From an uncultured delta proteobacterium (GTDB lineage Bacteria; Desulfobacterota; Binatia; Binatales; Binataceae): a stretch of 64,000 nt of DNA. Position numbers and translations under genes: made by a program. The notes beneath the pieces were generated by a model, which searched no databases, had not been told where the DNA came from, and was given only the letters and a program-made list of their open reading frames with translations. The stretch spans positions 2,372,311 through 2,436,310 of the forward strand of contig CAWFIF010000001.1 in NCBI GenBank assembly GCA_963815835.1. The letters are read 5' to 3'. Every line of letters starts with the position of its first letter. Position 1 is the stretch's first letter. This document shows, in pieces, positions 28,752 through 37,495 of this stretch.

Positions 28752-29447
28752 CTATTTCAGTTTGTCACACTCCGTCCACGAACCGCCTAAGTTCTTCCAG
28801 TCGCGGCACATCCTCGGCTCGTTGCCTGTCAGCACTCGGTCGCAGCTTCTGCCCACTTTGTAGGGAGTCAGATACCCGGTCTGCTCCGCCTGTTCCGAGG
28901 TGATGGTCTTATCCCGATGGACCGAGATCGTGAGTGTGCAGTGACGGAGATTCCCGGTCTTGTCGATCTGAAAGTCCCCGAACCTCATCGTGAGCTCGAA
29001 GCCTCGCTGTCGGAAATGACGCAGCGCACCATACTCGGGATATTTGCCGCAGGCGCCAATCAGCTCGTTGAAGTCGTGGATCTGTCCGCGCGAATACCAG
29101 TAGGCGGATTCGTCTTCAGAAAGTAGGCTGCTCTCACTGTCGCGGTCTTCCCTGACCAGCCTGCACCCGAGCGGTCCGACGTAGTTGATGCCTGAATCGT
29201 CGCTGAGCTCGTCGAGATAGTCATCGCTTCCGCCTACGCAAATGAAGGTGTATTGCGTCCGTCCATGTATGTCCTTCAAGGGCACATTGAGGGAGATTTG
29301 CTTCGCTGGAGTCTCGATGCCGATCGTGGTCGTGAAAGTTTGCATCACGGGCCATTCCTTCTCGGCGCAGAATCCCGAAGCAGTAAAAAAGAGGAAAAGT
29401 ACGTGCAGGGCGGCAGTGACGAACCATCCCCTTCGCGGCGGTCCCAT
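28752..29447 (-). CDS. hypothetical secreted Cys-rich protein
   Basis: 231 aa. N-terminal signal peptide (RRGWFVTAALHVLFLFFTASGFCA) and ~10 Cys. Local GC is clearly lower than the flanks. No recognisable domain. Confidence 0.5.
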   Translation of the reverse strand: MGPPRRGWFVTAALHVLFLFFTASGFCAEKEWPVMQTFTTTIGIETPAKQISLNVPLKDIHGRTQYTFICVGGSDDYLDELSDDSGINYVGPLGCRLVREDRDSESSLLSEDESAYWYSRGQIHDFNELIGACGKYPEYGALRHFRQRGFELTMRFGDFQIDKTGNLRHCTLTISVHRDKTITSEQAEQTGYLTPYKVGRSCDRVLTGNEPRMCRDWKNLGGSWTECDKLK

Positions 29448-29585
29448 CCGCTGATCATAGGAGCGCTCTGCCGATGAGGCAAAGCGGCTAGCTCGCCACC
29501 CAGGTTCAGCGATTTGACAATCCGGAATTTTCGCGCATTACTCGCCTGATAACAGCCGTGCCGATTGGGCGCGCAGGAGGCATTC

Positions 29586-30704
29586 ATGAAGTTTGGCTTG
29601 TTGTACGAGATGGAAACGCCGCGGCCGTGGCACGCGCTCAGCGAATACAATGTCTACTGGGAGGCGCTCGCGCAGATCGAACTCGCCGATCGTATCGGCA
29701 TCGATTACGTGTGGGAAGTCGAGCATCACTTCCTCGAGGAATATTCGCATAGCCCCGCGCCCGAGGTTTTTTATGGCGCGGTGACGCAGCGCACCAAGAA
29801 CATTCGCATCGCGCATGGCGTGCGACTGCTGCCCTTCAAGTTCAATAATCCGATCAAGGTCGCGGAGCAGGCCGCCGTGCTCGATATCATGAGCAACGGG
29901 CGTGTCGACCTCGGCACCGGCCGCTCGACCACCGCGCAGGAGCTCGACGGTTTCAGCGTCGATTACGACCGAACCCGCGCCGAGGTGCGCGAGGCGCTCG
30001 ACATCATCGTCAAGGCCTGGACCGACGACATCCTCGAATACAACGGCAAGCTGATTCAAGTTCCACCGCGCCGCGTCGTGCCGAAGCCGATTCAGAAGCC
30101 CCATCCGCCGATGTGGATGGCGTGCACTGCCCCCGACAGCTACCAGATGGCGGGTGATCGCGGTATGGGTGTGCTCAGCTTCAGCCTCAACTACGAAGGC
30201 GTGATGAAATCCGTCGCCGAGTATCGCAAGGCTTTCGTCAAGCGCACCGACCAGGTCGGCAAGTTTCCCAATGAGGCGTTCGCGAGCCTCATCATTTGTC
30301 ACGTCGCGGAGAACAAGGAGGACGAGGCGATCGGCATCGATGGCGCGCGATGGTTCATGCATAACGTCGGCGAGTTGTTCAAGCCGCTGATGGCGAAGAA
30401 CCAGCTCTACTCATACGAGTACCTGCGCACGCTGATGGCGCTCGATGTGGACCCCAAGGACATTCCCGATGCGCAACTGAAGCAGCATCCGATGATCGTC
30501 GTCGGCAATCCCGATGAGGTCATTCGCAAGCTGGAGGCCTTCGACAAATCCGCCGTCGATCAGGTGATTTGCTTCAAACAGGCGGGCCGCATCCCGCATC
30601 AGAAGATCATGAACTCGCTCAAGCTGATGGCGAAACATGTGCTGCCGCACTTCAACCCGCATCGGCGAGTTGCGCTGGATGAACTGAGCGCCGCGGCCTC
30701 TTAA
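29586..30704 (+). CDS. LLM-class (luciferase-like) flavin-dependent oxidoreductase
   Basis: Start at ATG 29586 behind GGAGG. TIM-barrel LLM motifs throughout (MKFGLLYEMETPRP..., DLGTGRS). Confidence 0.85.
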   Translation: MKFGLLYEMETPRPWHALSEYNVYWEALAQIELADRIGIDYVWEVEHHFLEEYSHSPAPEVFYGAVTQRTKNIRIAHGVRLLPFKFNNPIKVAEQAAVLDIMSNGRVDLGTGRSTTAQELDGFSVDYDRTRAEVREALDIIVKAWTDDILEYNGKLIQVPPRRVVPKPIQKPHPPMWMACTAPDSYQMAGDRGMGVLSFSLNYEGVMKSVAEYRKAFVKRTDQVGKFPNEAFASLIICHVAENKEDEAIGIDGARWFMHNVGELFKPLMAKNQLYSYEYLRTLMALDVDPKDIPDAQLKQHPMIVVGNPDEVIRKLEAFDKSAVDQVICFKQAGRIPHQKIMNSLKLMAKHVLPHFNPHRRVALDELSAAAS

Positions 30705-30735
30705 GGATCCTAAAGCAGGCTGCCTTCCTTCATCA

Positions 30736-30755
30736 TCTCTCCCTACTGGGAGAGA
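30736..30755. other. perfect stem-loop TCTCTCCC-tact-GGGAGAGA
   Basis: 8-bp stem with a 4-nt loop, 32 bp after the LLM stop. No U-tract. A similar CTCTCCC/GGGAGAG hairpin occurs at 39949-39991. Confidence 0.4.
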
Positions 30756-30816
30756 CAAGAGTGAGGGCTGGAGAGCGCATTATTTCTTAAGGAGGCGGAC
30801 CATCCGCATCATTTAA

Positions 30817-31269
30817 ATGGGTGGACTTTATTTCGATGAGTTCGAACTGGGACAGACTTTTCCACATTCGATCACGCGCACCATCACCGAGACCGACAAC
30901 CTGCTGTTCTGCGCATTGACGCATAATCCGCAGCCGCTGCACCTGGACGCGGAGTTCGCGAAGAACACGGAGTTCGGGCGCCAGATCGTCAACAGCATTT
31001 TTACTATGGGGCTGATGATCGGCGTGTCAGTTGGCGACACCACGCTCGGCACCACCGTCGCGAACCTCGGCATGACCGACGTGCGCTTCGCGCATCCGGT
31101 GTTTATCGGCGACACGCTGCGCTCCGAAAGCAAGGTGATCGAGAAGCGCGAGAGCAAGTCGCGTCCCGACGCTGGCATCGTGGTGTTCGAGCATCGATCG
31201 TTCAACCAGCGCGGCGAGGAAGTCGCATACTGCAAGCGCTCGGCCCTCATGCGCAAGCGCACGCACTAA
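30817..31269 (+). CDS. MaoC-like (R)-specific enoyl-CoA hydratase / dehydratase (hot-dog fold)
   Basis: 150 aa with hot-dog fold motifs ([11 protein letters not shown]...). Confidence 0.8.
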   Translation: MGGLYFDEFELGQTFPHSITRTITETDNLLFCALTHNPQPLHLDAEFAKNTEFGRQIVNSIFTMGLMIGVSVGDTTLGTTVANLGMTDVRFAHPVFIGDTLRSESKVIEKRESKSRPDAGIVVFEHRSFNQRGEEVAYCKRSALMRKRTH

Positions 31270-31291
31270 TGATGAAGAAGCGAGGCGCGAA

Positions 31292-32167
31292 ATGAATCTG
31301 CGCTCGATGCTGTTCGTGCCGGGCGACAGCGAACGCAAGCTGGTGAAGGGCGCGGGCTCCGGCGCCGACGCGCTGGTGCTCGACCTCGAGGATGCGGTCG
31401 CGGCGGATCGGCTTCCCCTGGCGCGCACGATGGTGCGCGAGTATCTCGCGGGGCATCGTGATCGCAGCAAGCAGGAGCTATGGGTGCGCGTCAATCCGCT
31501 CTCGACGGAAAAGGCGCTGCCCGATCTCGCGGCGATCGCGGGCGGGCCGCCGGACGGCATCCTGCTTCCCAAAACGACCTCGGCCAGCGATGTGGTCACG
31601 CTCGATCATTACCTCTCGGCGCTCGAAGCGCGGGAAGGCGTCGCGCAAGGATCGATTCGTATCATCGCGGTTGCGACTGAAACGCCAATCGCGCTGTTCA
31701 CCCTCGGCACGTTCGCGGGATGCAGCCCGCGCCTCGCCGGGATGACCTGGGGCGCCGAGGATCTTTCCTCCGCGCTCGGTGCGGCGACCAATCGCGATGA
31801 TGAGGGCAACCTTGAATTCACCTATCGCCTCGCGCGTTCGCTATGCCTCGCGGCTGCGGTTGCCGCCGACGTTCAGCCGATAGATACGGTCTTCACCGAC
31901 TTTCGCGATTCCGAGGGGCTGCGGCGCGAGTCTCGCGCGGCATTGCGCGCTGGGTTCACGGGCAAGATCGCGATTCATCCCGACCAGGTGCCGGTCATCA
32001 ACGATGCGTTTACGCCGACCGCCGAGGACATCGCGTATGCGAAGCGAGTGGTCGAGGCGTTCGCATCGGGCGCGGGCACGGTGGGCCTCGATGGCAAGAT
32101 GCTGGACATGCCGCATCTGAAGCAGGCGCAGAAGGTCCTCGCATCGGGGACCCGGCCGCGTAATTGA
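31292..32167 (+). CDS. HpcH/HpaI-CitE family CoA-ester lyase (citryl/malyl/citramalyl-CoA lyase-like)
   Basis: 291 aa with CitE beta-subunit-like motifs (MLFVPGDSERKLVKG...LDLEDAV...AEDLSSALG). Confidence 0.8.
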   Translation: MNLRSMLFVPGDSERKLVKGAGSGADALVLDLEDAVAADRLPLARTMVREYLAGHRDRSKQELWVRVNPLSTEKALPDLAAIAGGPPDGILLPKTTSASDVVTLDHYLSALEAREGVAQGSIRIIAVATETPIALFTLGTFAGCSPRLAGMTWGAEDLSSALGAATNRDDEGNLEFTYRLARSLCLAAAVAADVQPIDTVFTDFRDSEGLRRESRAALRAGFTGKIAIHPDQVPVINDAFTPTAEDIAYAKRVVEAFASGAGTVGLDGKMLDMPHLKQAQKVLASGTRPRN

Positions 32168-32269
32168 AGAGCATCGCTACTAGTCGAAACGTGCTATCAT
32201 GATGTTGCGGCGCCCGAATGGGCGCCGCGGTCGTTTCGGCGGTATCGCGATGCATGCGATTTTACATAA

Positions 32270-32750
32270 ACGAACCCACCAAGTACCTGAAAATAAAGGG
32301 ATTTTCGATTTTGGCATGGCGGAAACGAAGCCACCGCGAGACAACGTCGATCGTTGTCCTGAGCTTTGCGCGAAGGACCTCAAGTGGCACGGACTCGAAT
32401 CGCAAATCGCAGAAACAAACCCACCGCAAGTGCCAGCGATGAATCAGCGAAATAACGAAACGAAGCCAAATGATCGAGGAAAATCAAAGGACTTTTGGAA
32501 TTCGCGGCTCAAAGACGAAGAATTCGTGGCAGGCGTCCAGGCACCACCACCCGGATGGCGCGCTTGTCGCAAAGAGAAGAGCGACGAGCGCGCCATCCGA
32601 CCTCCTCCGCCGGAAGACCCGGAAGAGGTGAGGACGAAGAAGCACAGAAATAAAGCCACTCAGGAGACCCGAATTCGCATCGGAATTACCAAACGAAGCC
32701 AAATATGCCGGCAAAATCAAGGATTTTTTAAATGCAGGAGCTGGAATTGG
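32270..32750. repeat. AT-richer non-coding region with degenerate direct repeats
   Basis: Recurring units AAACGAAGCCAAAT-N-AAAATCAARGGAYTTTT, for example at ~32268, ~32448 and ~32690, plus AAACRAASCCACCGC variants. No plausible ORF; the long + ORF 32199-33326 is an artefact of the repeats and is antisense to the hydroxylase. Confidence 0.5.
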
Positions 32751-32780
32751 CAGGGTCTGCGAAGTTTCGAGGGCCAAATG

Positions 32781-33311
32781 CTACCGCGTCAGATAGGTCC
32801 ACGGCCGGAAGACACGGTGGAAGTTGGTCGGCCCGCTCAGCGGCGCGGTCATCGCGACCGACGCCCTCATCTCCGCGAGGCGCGCGTCGTCGGGCTCACT
32901 GCCGAATACGCGATCCCAGATGCGATTGGTCACTCCGAAAATCTGGTTCGGCGCCCGCAAGTGATGCGCGAGGTGACGCGTACGCATCCGCTCCTCGAAC
33001 GCGCAAAGAGGGCGCGCGAAGTGGATCCGGTAGTGAAACAATTCGTAGGAGAGAAATCCCGCCACCAGCCCGAGCCATACCGCGCCGGCAGGCGTCAGTC
33101 CGAAAATGCCGAAGACGATCGCCGATACGATAGCGGTGGGCATCCATGCGCCGGCGGTGAACACCGAATGAGGGTCGCGATGATGCCCATAATGCAGCGG
33201 CGTGGCGAAGGTCGTGAAGATGTGACTCAGGATGCCGTGGATCGTGTATTCGACGAAGGTCCACGCAAACAAGCCCAGGATAAACATCACAATAAGAAGC
33301 AGCATCGACAT
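32781..33311 (-). CDS. fatty-acid hydroxylase superfamily membrane protein (CrtZ/sterol-desaturase-like)
   Basis: 176 aa with four TM helices and His boxes HYGHH, HYRIH and HLAHH. Confidence 0.7.
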   Translation of the reverse strand: MSMLLLIVMFILGLFAWTFVEYTIHGILSHIFTTFATPLHYGHHRDPHSVFTAGAWMPTAIVSAIVFGIFGLTPAGAVWLGLVAGFLSYELFHYRIHFARPLCAFEERMRTRHLAHHLRAPNQIFGVTNRIWDRVFGSEPDDARLAEMRASVAMTAPLSGPTNFHRVFRPWTYLTR

Positions 33312-33399
33312 GAAACCTTAATATGATCGTAAACGGCGCGTCATGTGAGATCAAACCGCCGCTCCGGCTCTCTTGACTCCATAGTTCAGTATTGAAATA

Positions 33400-34797
33400 G
33401 TGCATTCCTTGAATAAAATCGGCGCGCGAGGAAATTTCCCCATGATGTACGATTCCGGCAATCCATTCCTGAACGGCAATTATGCCCCCTGGCGCGAGGA
33501 GGGCGACGAGTTCGACCTGCTCGTGGACGGCGAGATTCCCAAGGACCTCGACGGCACGCTCTATCGCATCGGGCCCAACCCGCATTATCCGCCGCGCGGC
33601 CGCTATCACTGGTTCGATGGCGACGGGATGATTCACGGCTTCACGTTGCGCGACGGCAAGGCCTCGTATCGCAATCGCTATGTGAAAACCGCGGGGCTCA
33701 CCGCCGAGATGCGCGCGGGCAAGTCGCTGTTCGGTGGGCTGGCCGAGATGCCCAAGGAAATCGGACCCGAGGGTCCGTTCAAGAACGCCGCCAACACCAA
33801 CGTCATCGGCTACGCGAATCGGCTGCTGGCGCTGTGGGAAGGCGGCCTGCCGCATGAGCTCAAGCCGCTAACGCTCGAGACGATCGGGCTGTACAACTTT
33901 TGCGATCGCCTGAGCGGCCCGATGACGGCGCATCCGAAGTTCGATCCCAAAACCGGCGAACTGTTGTTCTTCGGCTATCAGCCGTTCCCGCCATATGTCA
34001 CGTGGCATCGCGCCGACGCGCAGGGGAACCTCGTCGAGAGTCATCCGATCGACACCGGCCTGCCGGTGATGATGCATGATTTCGTGACCACCGAGAATTA
34101 CGCGATCTTCTTCGTCTGCCCGTCGGTCTTCCGGCTCGAAAATGTTGCGCAGGGTAAGCCACCGCTGCAGTGGGAGCCGCAACACGGCACGCGCATCGGC
34201 GTGATGAATCGGCGCAACCTCGAAGTGAAGTGGTTTGCGACTGACGCGTTCTATGTATTCCATTTCCTTAACGCCTACGAGGACGGCAATTCGGTCGTCG
34301 TCAACTTTTGCCGGATGGCGAGCCTCGATATGACTGGGGATGGCCCCAGCGGCCAGCCGCAGCCGTATCGCTTCGCGCTCGACATGAAAGCGGGCGGGGT
34401 GAAGCAGACTCAGATTGATGATGAGGTGAATGAGTTCCCGCGCATCGATGATCGCCTCGCGGGCTTCAAGCATCGCTACGGATACTTCGCGTCTTCGCGC
34501 ACGACTTCGGGATTCGGCTTCACGAGCCTGACCAAGCGCGACTACGAGAAGCGCAGCTCCGAGACATTTTCGCTCGGGCCCAACACCAATCCTGGCGAAC
34601 CGGTGTTCGTACCTCGTACGGGCAAATCAGGCGAGCTCGACGGATGGGTGCTCTCGGTCTGGTACGACGGCAACAGCAATCGCAGCGAGCTGGTGATCCA
34701 GGATGCGGCGGATTTTACCTCGAAGCCGGTTGCGCGGGTGAAGGTGTCGCATCGGGTGCCGTTTGGGTTCCACGGGAATTGGGTGGCCACTCCTTGA
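33400..34797 (+). CDS. carotenoid cleavage oxygenase (RPE65/CCD family)
   Basis: 465 aa, with CCD beta-propeller motifs throughout (NYAPWREE, YHWFDGDGMIHG, ...). Confidence 0.85.
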   Translation: MHSLNKIGARGNFPMMYDSGNPFLNGNYAPWREEGDEFDLLVDGEIPKDLDGTLYRIGPNPHYPPRGRYHWFDGDGMIHGFTLRDGKASYRNRYVKTAGLTAEMRAGKSLFGGLAEMPKEIGPEGPFKNAANTNVIGYANRLLALWEGGLPHELKPLTLETIGLYNFCDRLSGPMTAHPKFDPKTGELLFFGYQPFPPYVTWHRADAQGNLVESHPIDTGLPVMMHDFVTTENYAIFFVCPSVFRLENVAQGKPPLQWEPQHGTRIGVMNRRNLEVKWFATDAFYVFHFLNAYEDGNSVVVNFCRMASLDMTGDGPSGQPQPYRFALDMKAGGVKQTQIDDEVNEFPRIDDRLAGFKHRYGYFASSRTTSGFGFTSLTKRDYEKRSSETFSLGPNTNPGEPVFVPRTGKSGELDGWVLSVWYDGNSNRSELVIQDAADFTSKPVARVKVSHRVPFGFHGNWVATP

Positions 34798-34826
34798 AAA
34801 AGAGAGCAATCAAGAAAGATACCACG

Positions 34827-35486
34827 ATGACGGCGGAGCGGCGCGAGGCTGCCCCGCCGCGCATCAAGGCGTCGCTCGAACTCGCGATGCTCGGGCTCAT
34901 TGCCGAACAGCATCCGCGCTCCGGCTATGACCTGATGCAGACCTTTCGCGCCTCGATGGTGCACTACTGGCACGCGCATCCCGGGCAGATCTATCCGACG
35001 CTGGATCGAATGGAGCGCGACGGATGGATTGCGGGACGCGAGATCATCCAGCGCGGACGTCCCAACAAGCGCGTCTTCTCGATCACCGCCGAAGGACGCC
35101 GCGTGCTGCTCGAATGGCTCCGGAGTCCGTACGAGCCGTTTCAGATGAAGAATCCTCCGCTGCTCAAGAGCCGCTTCCTCGGGCATCTCGGGGCCGACGG
35201 CGCGTCCGAGAAGTTGACCGAGATGCGCGAGGCGATGGCTTCCTACCTCGAGGTGCTGCGCGGCTATGATCGCGCCCTTGAGGAAAAAGGCGGGGCGTAC
35301 AAGGACGTCAATCAGATGTTCGTGTACTTCACGCTGCGCCGCGGAATCGAGTTCGCCAAAAGCGAGGTCGAATTCTGCGACTGGGCGATTGCCGAGATCG
35401 ATCGCCATCGCGAGCTGTTCGGAGATCGCTCCGCAAGTTCATCCGCCCCTCGATCGGAACCGCGAAGGGTGTCGCGTCGCGGATGA
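34827..35486 (+). CDS. PadR family transcriptional regulator with C-terminal helical domain
   Basis: Start at ATG 34827. wHTH region LELAMLGLIAEQHPRSGYDLMQTF...GQIYPTLDRMERDGWI...KRVFSITAEGRRVL. Confidence 0.8.
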   Translation: MTAERREAAPPRIKASLELAMLGLIAEQHPRSGYDLMQTFRASMVHYWHAHPGQIYPTLDRMERDGWIAGREIIQRGRPNKRVFSITAEGRRVLLEWLRSPYEPFQMKNPPLLKSRFLGHLGADGASEKLTEMREAMASYLEVLRGYDRALEEKGGAYKDVNQMFVYFTLRRGIEFAKSEVEFCDWAIAEIDRHRELFGDRSASSSAPRSEPRRVSRRG

Positions 35487-35779
35487 ATCTTAAGTGATAC
35501 TTTAGCTTACCAAGCCGGCGTCTGCGCCAGAATTCGCCGAAACTCCAGCCATCGAAAGTACTTTCTGGCCTTCTATTTGATTGCGCCCACTTGATACATC
35601 GGCGCTGCTTGCTACGATCAAAGTGACCCGCCATCGCCATGAAGCAGTTTTCGATCATCTAGCTTTTTGATGCAGCGGCTGAATTTTGGGCGGTCGTTAT
35701 CGTCACATTATGCGAGAGAGTGTGGTCTAGGCCGTGGCCGGGTTAGTGTGTGATCTGTCCACGAGGCCAGGAGGGATAC

Positions 35780-37387
35780 ATGGTCAAGAAAATCGGCGCC
35801 GTGTCGATCGGCGTCATCATCGGATTGGTAATCGCGTTCGCGCGCGCGGGCGCGTTTCAACTTTGGGGCACGGACAAACCGCAGAGCCAGTCCGCCCCCG
35901 CCGCGCAGTCAGCGCAGGCGGAACAGCCGCCGGCCAATGTCTCGCCGGCGCCGGCTAATCAGCCGGAGCCGAACGAAAAGGTCGGCGTTATAACCTCATT
36001 CGCGCCGTTGGTGAAGCGCGTGAGACCCACCGTGGTCAATGTCGCGGTGGTGCAGGAAGTCAAGGTTGGTAACTTCGGGATGCAGGGGCCCGAGGAAGGT
36101 GGGCCCGAGGAAGGCGGGCCGGAGGCCGGCCCCGGGGGATCTCCGGGAATGCCCGGCGGTGAAGGTGGAGGCGGTGGCGGCGATCCGTTCGAGCAGTTCC
36201 GGCGCTTCTTCGGACAGATTCCGCACGATTACAAACAACACGGATTGGGATCGGGCGTGATCGTTTCGCCCGATGGTTACATCCTGACCAACAATCACGT
36301 GGTCGGCGGCGCCGAGGAAATCCGCGTCACCCTGATGGACAAACGCGAGTTCACCGCCAAGGTGATCGGCAAGGACGCCAAGACCGATCTCGCGCTTATC
36401 AAGATTGACACCAAAGATCAGCTGCCGGCGGCTGACCTTGGCAACTCCGACGCGATGGATGTTGGCGATTGGGTGCTTGCGATCGGCAATCCGTTTGGCT
36501 TCACGCTGACCACGACTGCCGGCATCATCAGCGCCAAGGGTCGTGCGCTCGGCGGCAACTACGACGATTTCATCCAGACCGACGCCTCGATCAATCCCGG
36601 TAATTCCGGCGGCCCGCTGTTCAACACTTCGGGTCAGGTTATCGGCATCAATACCGCGATCTACAGCCGCACCGGCACCAATGCGGGAATCGGTTTCGCG
36701 ATCCCGGTCAATCTCGCCAAGCATGTGATGGATCAGCTCAAGTCGCACGGACGCGTAGTGCGCGGATGGCTCGGGGTCGAGATTCAGGAAGTGACCCCTG
36801 ACCTCGCGCAATCGTTCGGCCTCCCCAAGGCTGAGGGCGCGCTGGTCGCGAGCATCGACAAGGACGGTCCCGCCGCTAAGTCGGGGCTCGAGCGTGGCGA
36901 CGTGGTGACCAAGTTCGACGGCAAGGACGTGCACGATGAGCATGAGCTCCCGGTGCTGGTCGCCGACACCCCGATCAACAAAAAGGTCGAGGTCGAAGTC
37001 GTCCGCAACGGCAAGCATAAGACCCTCGAGGTCACGGTCGGCGAGTTGAAAGAGGCGCCGGTGCAGACCGCGAAGGCGGAAGAGCCGGGCACCAACTGGG
37101 GCATGCAGGTCGGCGACCTTACGCCCGAGATCGCAAGCCAGTTCCATTTGCAAATCGACAAGGGAATCGTGGTGCGCCACGTCGCTCCCGACTCGCCGGC
37201 TGCCGATGCGGGAATTCAGCCCGGCGATCTGATCCTGGAAGTCGATCACGACAAGGTTTCAACCGTGAACGATTTCCTCGCAAAGGCCAAGGAGGCCAAG
37301 GGCAGCGGCAAATCGGCGCTGCTGCTGGTTCAACGTGGTGGCGCGACCATCTATGTGGTGATCAAGGCGGGCACCGCCAAGGGTTAA
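35780..37387 (+). CDS. HtrA/DegP/DegQ-family periplasmic serine protease with two PDZ domains
   Basis: Start at ATG 35780 behind GGAGGG. Catalytic triad motifs (TNNHVV, DLALIK, GNSGGPL) and two PDZ domains. Unusual Gly/Pro/Glu-rich insert GPEEGGPEEGGPEAGPGGSPGMPGGEGGGGGGD. Confidence 0.9.
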   Translation: MVKKIGAVSIGVIIGLVIAFARAGAFQLWGTDKPQSQSAPAAQSAQAEQPPANVSPAPANQPEPNEKVGVITSFAPLVKRVRPTVVNVAVVQEVKVGNFGMQGPEEGGPEEGGPEAGPGGSPGMPGGEGGGGGGDPFEQFRRFFGQIPHDYKQHGLGSGVIVSPDGYILTNNHVVGGAEEIRVTLMDKREFTAKVIGKDAKTDLALIKIDTKDQLPAADLGNSDAMDVGDWVLAIGNPFGFTLTTTAGIISAKGRALGGNYDDFIQTDASINPGNSGGPLFNTSGQVIGINTAIYSRTGTNAGIGFAIPVNLAKHVMDQLKSHGRVVRGWLGVEIQEVTPDLAQSFGLPKAEGALVASIDKDGPAAKSGLERGDVVTKFDGKDVHDEHELPVLVADTPINKKVEVEVVRNGKHKTLEVTVGELKEAPVQTAKAEEPGTNWGMQVGDLTPEIASQFHLQIDKGIVVRHVAPDSPAADAGIQPGDLILEVDHDKVSTVNDFLAKAKEAKGSGKSALLLVQRGGATIYVVIKAGTAKG

Positions 37388-37402
37388 TCGAAGAGTGGTT
37401 CG

Positions 37403-37441
37403 CAAGGCGCGGCGTTCCTCGGAGCGCCGCGCCTTTTTTTT
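37403..37441 (+). terminator. Rho-independent terminator
   Basis: AGGCGCGGCG-loop-CGCCGCGCCT, a 10-bp GC stem followed by nine T residues, 16 bp after the htrA stop. Confidence 0.8.
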
Positions 37442-37495
37442 GGCGCTCTTTTCGTAGCGTGAAAGAGAAGGCACTATGGAGGCTCTCCAGCAACA

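Noticed and set aside
32199-33326. 375-aa + strand ORF
   Set aside because: Its first half lies in the repeat-rich non-coding region, which produces periodic peptide repeats. Its second half is antisense to the well-supported His-box hydroxylase gene. This is a typical spurious long ORF in high-GC DNA.
35996-37249. 417-aa minus-strand ORF antisense to htrA
   Set aside because: HtrA on the + strand has an unambiguous catalytic triad and PDZ domains, so this is an antisense artefact. The same reasoning applies to 10183-10905, 22037-22858, 23395-23988, 29538-30362, 40139-41314 and 52112-52702.
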